From: Mytilus edulis
Taxonomy: Eukaryota
DNA: 64,000 nt
Direction of reading: 5' to 3'
NCBI RefSeq assembly: GCF_963676685.1
Contig: NC_092348.1
Coordinates: 80,848,001 to 80,912,000, forward strand
The stretch's first letter is position 1. Each line of letters begins with the position of its first letter. The position numbers and the translations under genes were made by a program. The notes beneath the pieces are model-generated. The model made no database searches and had not been told where the DNA came from. It saw only the letters and a list, made by a program, of their open reading frames with translations. Positions 47,801 through 61,078 of the stretch are shown in pieces.

Positions 47801-50464
47801 TCAAGATAGACAAGATTGGTTCACAGCAGAGGTTTGTTCTAGCTATATATATAAGCTATTTATATAGTATCCAAGTATTTTCTTTGGCGACGATCTCTCC
47901 CCGACAGTCCTAACATTGTCACTTTCATTTGTATTTGTCTCAAACACAGAGTCATATTTTTTTAAGAATAGTAATAGGGACATTTTTTTCAAAAAGGATT
48001 AATTTAGAATGGAAAAATTGTCCATTTAAAAAAAAAACAACAATAAATTGCCGTATTGGAGATAAACGGGGTATTTTTGTATATTATTTGCTGAGATCAT
48101 CCTTCACTTTAAAATAGCATCTTGTTTATATCTATAAAAATCTAAGATGTGGTATGATTGCCAATGAGACAACCAGGCTCACCCAGAGACCAAATGACAC
48201 AAAAGTTAACAGCCCCTATAGGTCAATGTATAAAACTAACAAAAAAACAAATATGATGTACAGCAACAAACGACAACCACTGAATTACAGGCTTCTGACT
48301 TCTGACAGACACATACAGAATATGGTGTGGTTAAACTCGTGTGAAGGTGCACCTAATCTGGGACACCGATGTAACAGTACAGCATAAGAACGAAAACTCA
48401 GTTGAAAAGGACTCAATTCATCAAATCGGCACAAAGCAGTTATACAAGAATGTTTATTTTTTTTAGAGAAAATGCAGAGAAATAGGTGGCTACATTACTA
48501 AAATCAACGATCAGGAAGAAAACAGAAGAATTTTCCAACACAGGCCAAATACAAGTGAGCAAACATTTTTTATGTCGTTGAAGTGTGTTCATCTAGTCTG
48601 ATAAATAAAAGAGGGAATGCTTTACAGTTAGTTATTCATGCAGATTGGCGAAAATTCTAGTTGGGTAGGTAATGCATAGGAGCTTACATTCTAGTGTTTA
48701 CATAATGCAGAGGGGATGACATTCTAGTCAAGATGCGAAGGCATGTCGCTTGAACCCCTTCGTCCGTCTATCTGTCCATCCGCTAAAAATATCTTGGATA
48801 CGAATATTTCTTTAAGTTAAGCTTCTTTGAAAGGGAATACTTTAATATTGGTCTATTGAGTTATATCGAATAACCAATTTATTAATCCGCCGTGTAGCCA
48901 CTTTATATCGTCGCTGGGCTATCAAAATGTTGTAAATTACAAATTTTTCAAGAAAAAACATCTAACAAACAGGCTTTGAAGATTTTGACTAAATGCATGC
49001 TTCCAAAATGTCGTATGTGAACTTGAACATTTTTGTAAATAGCAGTGAAATAAAACTTTGACATTTCTGGATTATCCGAGAAATGTATAATTATTTAATT
49101 CCCAAAGCCATTATACAACGATTTTCAAGTTTTCATACAGCATTTGGAAGTAAACTTTACAAACAACTGACATTGGCAATTTGTAATATGTCTTATTTCA
49201 AACGTTTTGATTGTTCTAACTGTATGCCATTTTGTAATACCAAAGATTTCCTCCCGGCCAGACCATTGGTGTCAAAAAGTATTTTTAGCCAGAAAAGTCA
49301 TATACGACATTTTGGAAACCCAGCAACGAAATAATATGTCCTCACTTATATGCAATAATATAGAATAAATATCTGATAAACAATTTTCTCTTATTGCAGA
49401 TGCTCATTATTGGATAGGCCTGACTGATCTCAAAGAAGGTGAGTGGCGATGGAGTTTTGATCAGTCAAAAGCAAAGTACACGACCTGGATATCTGGCTAC
49501 GGTTCAAAAGGGACAGGTCATAACTGTGTACAAATTCCAAATGGTCACGACGGGAAATGGATTGACTACCTCTGTTCACATCAATCAAACTATGTTTGTG
49601 AAAGCAATTTCTGTAAGTACATCTTGGGTCCCTTCTTTAAATTATATTCAGTTAAAAAGTTCATTATTGTAGTCAAAGCGTCTTTCTATGTTGTAATGTT
49701 ATACTGACCACTGTTTCAGGTTGGGGTGCAAGATGGTTATTTTTTTTTTTATCCGTTATGGTTTTTTAATACCACAACTTCCTGTTAAGATTCTACTTAA
49801 TTCCCATATACCGATATCGTCTGGTAAATATGCTATGGTGATATACATGTAGCACGAGGTTGTTTTTTTTTAGACTAGAGAGAGCTATCCATGCTATGGT
49901 ACATATGGTGCAATGTGGTATTCATGTCACAGTGATACCGTCACACGGTGACGTATTTATACCGTTCGTTTTTAAGGCACGGGAAGGTCTATATGATAGC
50001 CCGTGTAGTGAATTTGAATATTTCTTACCATACTGTATATGTAAGTGATAAATTTGTCGTGGTAAAATATGTCTGGGCGGACAAACATTACTAGTATAAA
50101 AAGTCCATGGTTACAGAATTATAAGACCCTACAATGACGTCTTGATATGAATTGTTTTTTAGACTAGGAACAGATAAAAGCCTAAAAACATGGTCCAAAT
50201 ATGGTGCTATATGGTATACATGTAAGGCCGTCTCGATATCATTTGTTTAGTTTTTTACTGGAGACAGTTAAGACCTTGTCCTTTAATGCATGCATGGTGT
50301 TACTATACCCTGTATAGTATTGTTGTATTTCTTAGTCTATTTTGTGTTACCTTCTTTTAAATAGTTGTCTCTGACCCTCATCGCATATGTTTCAAATAAT
50401 AATTACGATTACTCGTTATTTCACTTTCTATATCTGACTAAATCTGTTTTTTTCAGGTTTTTAA
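44868..50464 (+). CDS. Secreted coiled-coil + C-type lectin (perlucin-like), 244 aa; coding exons 44868-45219, 47758-47831, 48467-48554, 49400-49612, 50457-50464
   Basis: Signal peptide, heptad coiled coil and CTLD motifs (WHKYNGHCYYY, WFTAERKC, YWIGLTDLKEGEWRW, NC...WIDYLC...YVCE). All GT-AG phases are consistent (735 nt), with AATAAA at 50504. Confidence 0.9.
45454..47354. mobile_element. Foldback-type DNA transposon with long repetitive TIRs, IS3EU-like termini
   Basis: TACGGAAGCGTATTAGG...CCTAATACGCTTCCGTA with a 6-bp TSD TAATTG. Inverted arms of about 400-450 bp are built of ~20-bp CGAAATTTCGACTTT units. Confidence 0.8.
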
Positions 50465-50573
50465 AGAGATGAACGGAACAAAAGCTTTACCATTAGCACT
50501 ATAAATAAAGTTAAGTTATTCTCTTTTTCTGTTATCTGCGTTTTATTGTTAAAAGGAACACGACAATACATTT

Positions 50574-51667
50574 AAACAAGAGTGCACACGCTGAAATGTC
50601 TCGCCTTCTATACTAATCATTGATATTATGTTGATAGTCCTAAGTATAAAGCTTTATTACAACTGTCTCATAAACTTAACATTAACCAAGATAACTAAAC
50701 AAAGAGCAATGAACCTTGAAAATGAGGTCAAGGTCAGATGAACCATGCCAGGCATACATGTACATCGAACAATGCTTCTATACAACATATATCGTTGACC
50801 TATTACTTATAGTTTAATAAAAATAGACCAAAACACAAAATCTTAACACTGTGCAATGAACCGTGAAAATGAGGTCATGGTCAAAAGAAACCTGCGCTAC
50901 TGACATAAAGATCGTAAAATATTTCCATACACCAAATATAGTTCACCTATGGCATATAGTATTAGATAAAAAGACCAAAACTCAAAAAACTTAACTTTGA
51001 CCACTGAACCATGAAAATGAGGTCAAGGTCACATGACATCTGCCCGGTACATGTACACCTTACAATCATTCCATACAACAAATATAGTAGACCTATTGCA
51101 TATAGTATGAAAAAAACAGACCAAAACACAAAAATTTAACTATAACCACTGAACCCTGAAAATGAGGTCAAGGTCAGATGACACCTGCCAGTTGGACATG
51201 TACACCTTACAGTCCTTCCATACACCGAATATACTAGCCCTGTTGCTTATAGTATCTGAGATATGGACTTGACCACCAAAACTTAACCTTGTTCACTGAT
51301 CCATGAAATGAGGTCGAGGTCAAGTGAAAACTGTCTAACAGACATGAGGACCTTGCAAGGTACGCACATATCAAATATAGTTATCCTATTACTTATAATA
51401 AGAGAGAATTCAACATTACAAAAAATCTTAACCTTTTTTTTCAAGTGGTCACTGAACCATGAAAATGAGGTCAAGGACATTGGACATGTGACTGACGGAA
51501 ACTTCGTAACATGAGGCATCTATATACAAAGTATGAAGCATCCAGGTCTTCCACCGTCTAAAATATGAAAGCTTTTAAGAAGTTAGCTTACGCCGCCGCC
51601 GCCGCCGCCGCATCACTATCCCTATGTCGATCTTTCTGCAACAAAAGTTGCAGGCTCGACAAAAAAC
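50574..51667 (-). mobile_element. HINE/Helentron-type element with ~150-bp tandem cores
   Basis: Repeated TGAACCATGAAAATGAGGTCAAGGTCA, (GCC)n microsatellite, hairpin CTGCAAC-AAAA-GTTGCAG and A-rich ends. Decayed relatives lie at about 60200-60840 and 63570-63965. Confidence 0.75.
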
Positions 51668-51708
51668 ACAACATTTATTGTACTTTATATTCCGAAATGT
51701 AGGAATGT

Positions 51709-54173
51709 TCAACAAAGTGTACATAGAGAAGAGGTTGTTTTCTTGTGCGATGCTTTGGTATCGTCTACCTTTTTATATTCCAGATCAAATAAAAGTAATA
51801 CGTCACTGCTATATGGTGGACTGTTTGCAACAATTAATTTATCCCCGGAGTGGTTCACAGCTATTGCTTGTGGACGACGAATTCCATCTTCTTTGTTGAG
51901 CAAAGTTTTAACAAATTTTCCATCTTTCGTTAGCACCTGAAACGAACAAGACTTAATTATTTCAAAGAAATCTTGTTGGCAAGATTAGATTTCATACCGG
52001 TAGCTTTCTTAAGGATGCGATATCGTCCAACAAGAAAAGTTCCCCAACTGTTGACCCTTTTTAAAGTTTTTAAAGTTAATGTGATTCTCACGTGTTTTTT
52101 TTCTCTTGGTTTGTGTAATCAAATCTGAATTACATTGGCAAGGTATTGTTGTCAATTACTGACTTCTTACAATAGGACGCCTATTCAGAATTTAACATAG
52201 AAATAAGAAGCTATTGTATGAATGCCAATAAGACAACTCTCCATTCAAGTCAGAATGTGAAAAAGGTATTCACTATAGACCAAAGTATGGTATTAAACAC
52301 GGATCCTCGTCTCACATTGAACAGCAAACTATAAAGGGCCCCAAAAGTACTAATATGAAACAGCATGAATTCTTTATTTTACAGTTCGACGCATATTTAG
52401 AATTAAACAGATAAGATTTTTTTCTATTTTGAAATGATTTCATTAACATTTTTGTCAGATAATTTTTTTTTCGGTTGGTTTTAATATTATTTCTAGTCTA
52501 GTTTTCAAAATAAGTTTGTACAAGAAAAGCTCTATTTAAATTGTTAGATCTGTGATCTGTATTCAGAAAAACTTGCAAGCTCCACATTTTTTCCCGTAAG
52601 CTCATTCGAATTTCTAACTATTGGATATTAGGAAATCAGTCGAAATGTTTTCGACCATTTTGACTAGGAGTGAATACAATAATTTGCAGTCTAGTGTTTT
52701 GGACCTATCAATGTGTTAGTTTGTTTTGTTTTGAAACGTTTTGCCAATACACTCTGACCGCTGCCAAAACCCTAGGTAAACATGGCAGGTCATATAATTA
52801 TCATTTTACGTTCGAATCTTTCTAAGCAGGAAAATGGGCCTTCTGTTCCTGTAATGTTTCGAAATATTTGCGGAGTTCTGTATATTTTGTTGATGATACC
52901 AGTAGCTGTGTGAAGAAATGTTATTATTTAAATCAATGAACATATCAAAGTATTTACTGATAGTCATTATTTTTTGTTAATATTAATTTACCTTTATTTC
53001 GTCCTCGCGCCAATCAGCTACACACACATGATTTCCAATAATATCGATGGCACGAGGCATTTGACAAGAATATTCCCATTTCTCCTGTCCATGACTTGAA
53101 ACACACTTTACACTACCGAAAACACCTGTTCCGTCACTGATGTAAATGTCTTCTAAGTTATCACTCAACTTGCAATACCATGGATCTTTGAACATGTTAC
53201 CTCGAAAACCGTCCTTCTTCCAAACACGGTGTTGATTTTTACCATTTGCATCTAAAACGGTCACATGTTTATCTAAATCGTCACCAGAGCATACAACAAA
53301 TTGACCATTACAATAATGGAGACCACGCAGAGCATTTGACACAGGCACTGCATGAGGAGTATATATTTTCCATTCTGCATTGTATGTTTTTTCAATTTTG
53401 ATTTTATTTGGATACACATGAAAAAATTTAATGTATCCAGCTTCAGTTGAAGCAATATAAGTTTGATGAATTAGGGTTAAGCCAAAAGGACGAACTTGGC
53501 ATATCTCCGACACAAACTTGCCTTCGCTTTCAAAAAGTTTTATCTTATAATTGCAGTTATCTGCCGCAACAATGCGGTCATCTTCCAAAAATATTAAGCT
53601 TGTTATAAAGGATGGCTCATCACCGTGGTCAGTTTTCAAATCAATGCTTCCTTTAAACTTTACTTTAATAATATAATTATCATAATTGATTTTAGAGGAT
53701 TGATCTGGAGTTTTGGAAGCGGATGGTCTTGTGTCTGGTTTGCGTTGCTTATTCTCTATTTCCGATAAAGAATGAGTTTTCGTTGCATTGAACAAATTAT
53801 GAAGTCTTGCACATTCCAAACAGAAATCCTCTACACATAACTTGCAATGTTTCACTGCTTTATGTCGTAAACCCCTTTCTTTACATATTTTGCAATAAAT
53901 GGGTTCAAAATTAGGAACAACAATATCCATAATGCTGACTACATGATGATTTGTTGGAAAGATGTCTACCCATTCAGAACGAGGTTTTTCTTCTGGAGCA
54001 AGCACACTCGTCCTACACATAGGACAGGAAAATTGTCCTTTATTTATCTGTGACATGATATGCGATTTTAAACAATCTCTACAAAATGTATGTAGACAAG
54101 GTAGACCCTTTGGGCTGGTAAAATAATCCGCACATATCGGACAAATTAATTCCTTCTCCACAGCTTGGGCCAT
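51709..54173 (-). CDS. TRIM-like E3 ligase A: RING - B-box - NHL/beta-propeller - CaaX, 469 aa; exons 54173-52992, 51936-51709
   Basis: C3HC4 RING (CPIC..CLHTFCRDC..CPMC), type-1 B-box (CKIC..CKLC..CLEC..H..H) and NHL-like repeats (RPFGL, DPWY, MPRAI, RPQAI). Phase-0 GT-AG intron; ends CTLC. The start codon is inferred. Confidence 0.85.
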
Positions 54174-56793
54174 ATCTATAATTCGACCACAGTATGAAAT
54201 TGAAACTCTCGGAAGGTCTTCCAAAGAAAAAGAAAGCCTCAACATGCCATATCTTCCATATTTTAAACACACATAAAACGTAAGCGTATGTATTCTATAG
54301 AGGAGTTTCGAATGAGAAATTTGTTAATGAAAGCACTGAACTCTAAACAAAAAAATAAACGATATCATGATAAAAGAAAACAATATGAAATATGTCTATT
54401 CAATTGTGTCGAAAAATATCAAATAACTTGAGTTATTATTTTACTAATTAACCCTTCAGTAATTTTATAAATGCATTTTAACTAGCTTTTTGTTTTTACT
54501 TTTTTCGTCAAATATCGGTGCTGATTTCTGCAAACTATTTGCACCACTAAGTAGCGGATCATGTCGATTGACTTTTCGTCTAGTTTTGGTTGGGATTGTT
54601 CATATTATTTCCTATTTTTAATCTCGAGTATCATTGAAATGACCACGGATTTGTAGATTTGTAAAGTAAACAAATACGAATCCTTGAATAGACATTAAAT
54701 TTCGAAATGCTCATCTGGTGCATTAAAATTGGTATGGTCTATATTGTTAATAATCATGCAACATACAATGCAGTTTTTTTCTTCTTTTGAATACTCAATT
54801 AGTATGTTTTGTATTACTTTATAAAATGTTTAAATTTGAAGTTATTTTGCAGTTTATAAGATATGTTACGTCTGTTCTCATTATGCCGAATCACAAAAAA
54901 AAAAGATGTACTATGGGAAAGAACGACGGATAATATTGGGTAAGGGCAAAGTATTAAAAAAAACATGTGGTATGATTGCCAATGAGACAACTCTCCACAA
55001 TAGATCAAAATGACACAGGAATTAATAACTATAGGTCACCGTACGGCCTTCAACAATGAACAAAGCCAATACCGCATAGTCAGCTATAAAAGGCGCCGAA
55101 ATGACATTGTAAAACAATTCAAACGAGAAAACTAATTAACGGCTTTATTTATGTACAAAAAATGAACGAAAACAAATAATATATGTAACACATAAACAGA
55201 CTGACTGATTACTGAATTACAGGCTCCTGACTTGGGAGAGGCACATACATACATAATGTCTCGGGGTTAAACATGTTAGCGGGTTTCCTTCACATATTCG
55301 TTTGATGTGATTATCGTTGATCATCTCGACGACATTGACTTTTTCGCGTGAGCCGGTAAGGTGGAAGTGAGAAAATCAATAGAGTTGAGATGACCAATAA
55401 TATCTACTTATCGCTAGTTTACCTATGACGACGTTGTCAAATTAATGTCAACCCTTGACAACGCCACGTGCCCCTTAGTTTCTAGCGATAATTTTCATAT
55501 CACTTGACTCCGCTGAGAAAGAAAATTATCAGACAGTAAGATCAAAGAGAAATTTCGTAAAGTAGCGATAATGACTGATAGATCCTGAATTAGTAAGTCA
55601 AAGATTCCATATATCTAAGTATGTACCGATTTTTATCATGTTCCTGGAATTGACAAGATTTTGGAATCGAAAGTCGGGAATGTAAACATTATATATAAAA
55701 AAAAACTCTATCCTGGTCTCCTGGTGGTATATTTTCGATTTCCCAAGCTTCACTTCAAATTTATTCTTCTCGAAAGTCCTTTTTTTTAGTTTTTAAATAT
55801 TTTATCAGGAAGCAAGACTACAGAGAATACATTTTTCTTCTTTGTTAGGAAGCGCAAAGACGATTATTTGACAGCCAAGAAAGTATTAAAACCAAAAAAG
55901 TTAAAGTGACATGTATATGACCAAACCAGGGTATTAATAAATTACCAAATCCATCTATGGTCAGTCTTGGAGGAGGGAGTGAAAACCATGAATATGTTAT
56001 TATGTTAATATGTGTTTGAAATGAGGTATATACATATTTTGATAATTATTAGAAGCAGGGGTTTTGAAAGATATTTCAATTCGCAAAACTTATTAATTTT
56101 TTGTTCAGATTAATATATCGACAAAATAAGACAACTGACCGTTCATCTCTTGTGTGTGTGTTTTTTTTACTCTCGAAGGATTTTTTTTCTACATGAATTG
56201 TGATGAGAATTTCGCGTACTGAAATGAAAATCATACAATAATGGGATGCTTTCAGAAAAGATAAAAAAAAACCCCAAACAAACAGTTAAAATTGCAGTTT
56301 AAGTGAGGCGAAAGATACAAAAGGGACCTTCAAATTCACAAGTCGAAAATAAACTGACGACGTCATGGCAAAGAAAACGGACCAAAAGACAACTGTATAC
56401 AAAACACAAGACTGAGAAATACGAACCCACAAAAAAACAAAAAAAACGGTGGTGATGCCAGGGGTACAGGATTGGTTAGCAGATTCTGCTCCACATATCG
56501 AACATCCGCTATTTTAGCAAAATATGCATGGGATTGGGGTTCTATGACTGAAGAATTTTTTTACACATCTCTCCTAACTCTTAGAAAAAGTTGGTGTATT
56601 TTTTTTACCCATTTCAATCAGCAAACACAATATTTTAATATATATAGTACAATAATAAATAACAAACTTTTTTTTTATTAACTAACAGGGACAGAAGTTT
56701 TTGTGACCAGTGTCCTATTAAAAACGCATTTGCAACACTATCTTTCTGAAACAATATATTATCTAACGATGCTGATTTTATCGTGTTACGTAA

Positions 56794-59296
56794 TTACGAA
56801 ATCGTACAAGTAGAACTCTTCTGCTTTTCTGGTTCCTTCTCAACAAACTTTCCATGGTATACTAAATCATATACTAAGATGTAGTCACTTTCATCTGGCG
56901 GACTTACACAGACGGCTAATTTACTTCCATCGGGGTTCACAGAAATAGCTTGTGGACGTCGAATCTTGTTCCGTCTGTTCAATAATGTCTGAATAAATCT
57001 GCCATTTCTCGAGAAAACCTAAGTGAAATAAAATTACAAAAAAGGTAAGGAAAAGTAAATAGCAAAAATACCGAACTCAGAGTAATTAAAAACTCGAAAC
57101 GGAAAGTCTTTAATTGAATGTCAAGATTAAAAGCTCAAACACACCAAACGAATGGATAACAACTGTCATAATCCTAAATGTGTACAAGCATTTTTCTAAT
57201 GTAGAAACTCTTCATGGTTTTTGGCATCAATTTGTCCATATCACAATGTGAGTATTTGCCGGGTGCTCGTCTAATCAGATGGTGCATATCACGTCTAACT
57301 ATCACCTACGTGGTATACATTATAGAGTCGTGCCTTTATTTGCAAAATAATTTGGTACCATCGGGTGCATCCACAATGTGATACGAATTTCGTTTTAGAG
57401 ATGTTATACATGTACGTTGCAATATTTAAAAAAATGACTTCTTATATATAAACTTGTGTCAGTTAAGTGCTTGAAATATATGGTGTAAATTCTAACATTA
57501 AAATTAAGCCTTTTGTATATCTTTTTGTGTTTTTCTTTCTTTTTTTTTGTTCAGTTTTTGTCTTGTCGTATACTTTTAATCTCATTCTATTATATCAATG
57601 TATAACCCCAAAAAAATGCGTAATATGCGAGACTACAGAAATGTCGTTCCATCATGAATACTAGGCAATTGCTTACTTCTACGTCGTTTAGTTTCTTGTA
57701 GAGAGTTGTCTCATATGGCATCCATACCACAAACATTTTTTTATTTTCATATGGAAATTACCTGTATCTTTTCTTCTCTGATATTAGCAACAAATATTTT
57801 ATTGCCACACAAGGCTACAGCACGAGGCGTATTTGCTGGCTGTTCCCATTTTGTCTCACCAGTGAGAATCGACACACATTTAATTTTGCCTAAAACAGCC
57901 GAGATCTCTGCCTGTGAATCGCGGTATAGCATCAGCCTCTTGTCAAATCCATCGCTTAAAACAATATTGTCATTGTCAACAAAAACAATGCTAGTTATGT
58001 TTCCTGGAGATTTTTCAGCAAAGTTCAAATCTAACCGTCTGTTAAATTTAGCCTCGATGTGAAATTGGTTTTGTCCTCTGTCCGATACTGATCTGTTGTC
58101 ATCTGACATATCGTCGATTGGGCGATGAATGTTGTATTTTATTTCGGCCTGCATGTGTTGTTTTGTTGCTTTGAAGCGTTTATGAAAATTAGAACATTCC
58201 TGACAGTAGTCTTCCTTACAAGTAACACATGTACGAACTGCCATTTGATTAACGTTCCTTGATTTACATGGGACACATGGCCGCCATTTGACGTCAGGAA
58301 AAACTTTCTCCATCAAACGGATCATCTGGTGGTTGTTTGGGAATTGGTCCACCCAATCTCGCCTGGCTTGGATCGGATCTGGTGGCATTATCATCATTCG
58401 ACATACTGGACAATTGAAATTGGATCCACGAACTGGAAACGAACGCTTAACAGTCAAAATATGACCCTTAAGACAAGTTCTGCAGAAAGAATGAAGACAT
58501 GGAAGGCCTTTGGGTGTCTTGTAGTAATCCTTGCATATTGGACATATAAATTCTTCTTTAACTTGTTTTCTTGACGATTTTCTATATGTTCTATTTCTTT
58601 TCTCAGGTGTTAACCCTCGTGGCGACGACGGACCGTGCAAACTGTAATATATTTGAACAGATTACTTAAAAATTAAACCACTCTTTTTTCATAAGGTAAC
58701 AAGTCGGTCTCTCTACTTTTAAACAAGACCAAGGGTCAAGCATTTAATTATTTAATTACTCATATCAACATGTTTCTACTTCTAGGCAGCCAGCAAGCCT
58801 TTTGCCTTTGTTTGCCTTGTGTGCTGTTAATTTTGTTCATTTATATGTTTTGCAGTTTAGTATGAGGTCCATGTTTACTGAACTGATACACATTTTTGTT
58901 TTTTGTTTAGGGACTACCGGAAGCCCGCCTTCGTGTGATGGATTTTCTCGCTGTGTTGAAGACCAATTGATGATTTTTAACGTGAACTTGAGTAAATAAA
59001 TACATGCAGTAAATTATTTAACCAACTTGTTATTCATTAATTTGTCAGTTATTCAGTTGGTCTGGGAGGGTGTTTGTTGTGAGACTAGTACTATATGTTT
59101 TATTCTATTTGTAGTTAAATGAAATGCAAAATATCCAAGCATAATATTAGCGGGAAGAGAACAAATGGTAGACTGCTTTTTAGCAATAATGTTCACATCT
59201 TAGTAATATAATACAAAAACAAATGTATTGAACAAATTTTGTGGATCAAAAAAATTTAAAAAAGAATACTTACTTTAATTTTGGAATGTTGTCCAT
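56794..59296 (-). CDS. TRIM-like E3 ligase B: RING - B-box - shortened NHL - CaaX, 375 aa; exons 59296-59274, 58641-57762, 57018-56794
   Basis: Paralog of A with the same last-intron position. The upstream micro-exon ATGGACAACATTCCAAAATTAAA|GTAAGT is phase-compatible with the acceptor at 58641. Ends CTIS. Confidence 0.8.
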
Positions 59297-61078
59297 GACA
59301 ATATTGAAAGTTAGTTAATCAAGATTATAAAACAATTGTTCCGATTCGTCAAATACACATCGACTATTGTTTTCACTTTAAAAATAGTTCGTTCTATTTA
59401 CTTTTGAGATTTGATATGACCTTTTAATGATATGTTAAATGTTAAATACTGAATATGTTAATGTAGGTTTTCTTCTGATTTCGGGAGTAGACTCCCATCA
59501 AGGAAATGAATGTAAAACACCCCGAAACTTATGTTACTTAAATTGACAATAATACAGGAAAGAAAAATATCATAACCTTTTGCCTAAACACTCTTAAGCG
59601 TACTACAGAGTACGTACATCAGAGAGTTTTTGAGCAATAAAAGTCTGATAATGCAGAACGACAACTATTTCTTATGCTTTTCTCCAAATTTAAGAACGAA
59701 CCAGTTACCAATGCTGTTTTTGTGTGACTTTTTGTTTCAATATGGGACTTAATCTATATTATAGTCATGGCTCAATACATACTTGACTTTCTTTTCCCTT
59801 TTCTTTATAGTGTCAAATTGTGAAAATAATTCGATTGATAGCGTCGAAAAACTGAAAAAAAAAACAAAAAAAAAAAACCAACGAATCTGACGCAGATAAA
59901 AAAGAACATATTAACCTTCCTTGAAGAAAATGGTTATTCCCTTAATGTCAATGTATGGCTATTGCTATGTGTGCTATGCTATATTATACATGTACATTTT
60001 GGTTAGGTTTTTGTCAGTGATTGTGTTTGCTGCAACAAAGGAAAACATTAAAATGTCTTGACTGCATGACTGATTACATGTCAACAGTTTGTGTGATCAA
60101 GATTTAACATTTATTAATATTGAAAGACTGAAGTAAAATTAGAACACAAAAAAAAGTTTGATCAAAGAGCAATAAAGGAGCTACTGCAATCTCTAAATCT
60201 TGTGTGAACCAATGAATCATGAAAATAATTTCAAGGTCAGATGAACACTGCCAAGACAGACTTGAACATATTGCAATCATTCCATACACCAAATCTAATT
60301 TACTTATTGCTTATAGTAAATGATATACGACAAAACCCAGTAGACTTAACCTTTGCCAATGATCTACGAAAACCAGGTTAAGGTCAGACGAAACCTGCTA
60401 GTCGGACAGGTATAACCAAATTATTAATTGGTCCATGAAATGAGGTCGAAGTCATGTGAACCCTGTTTGACGGATATGTAAGCCTTCACTTGCAAGGATC
60501 CCATATACTATTAAAGTTATCCTAACACTTCTAATAATTGAGTATTTCGTATGACGAAAAAACTCAACAGTCGCTAAACCATAAAAATAAGGTCAATGAA
60601 CATTGAAATATGACGGTCGGAAACTTTGTAACAAAAGGCATCAAGCATGAGAACAATGTTAGTATGAAACGAACATAAAATTGCAATTGTGTATGATAAA
60701 CATACTGCCTTGGATTTTGTTTTTGAAGAGGCAACTTATAGCACATAACAACCAAACAAGACCTTCTGTTGACTTACTCTGAGCAGACGACTGTTTGCTA
60801 TGAAGCCCCATTATATTGTTATTAGACTTGCAGGAAAGCAATATAAAATTTTTTTTCTACCTTTTTATACGATTGTGGATCAAATTCATTGCCTTGTGCA
60901 CTTAAATTAAACAACCAATTAAGTGGATTTAAATACAGGCATTGATGAGCAAGAAAACAAAACAAGAGGCTCACAACGCTTGTTTCCCAAACCTGCCATT
61001 TCTGTATAAAATTGATACAATACTATGTTATGACTGTTTATATTATAGATACAAGGTAAACCTTTATACACTAAAATT

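Noticed and set aside
59570-59990. Alternative upstream coding exons for TRIM-like gene B
   Set aside because: Candidate donors at about 59577 and 59916 have in-frame stops in the required phase. Only the 59296-59274 exon fits.
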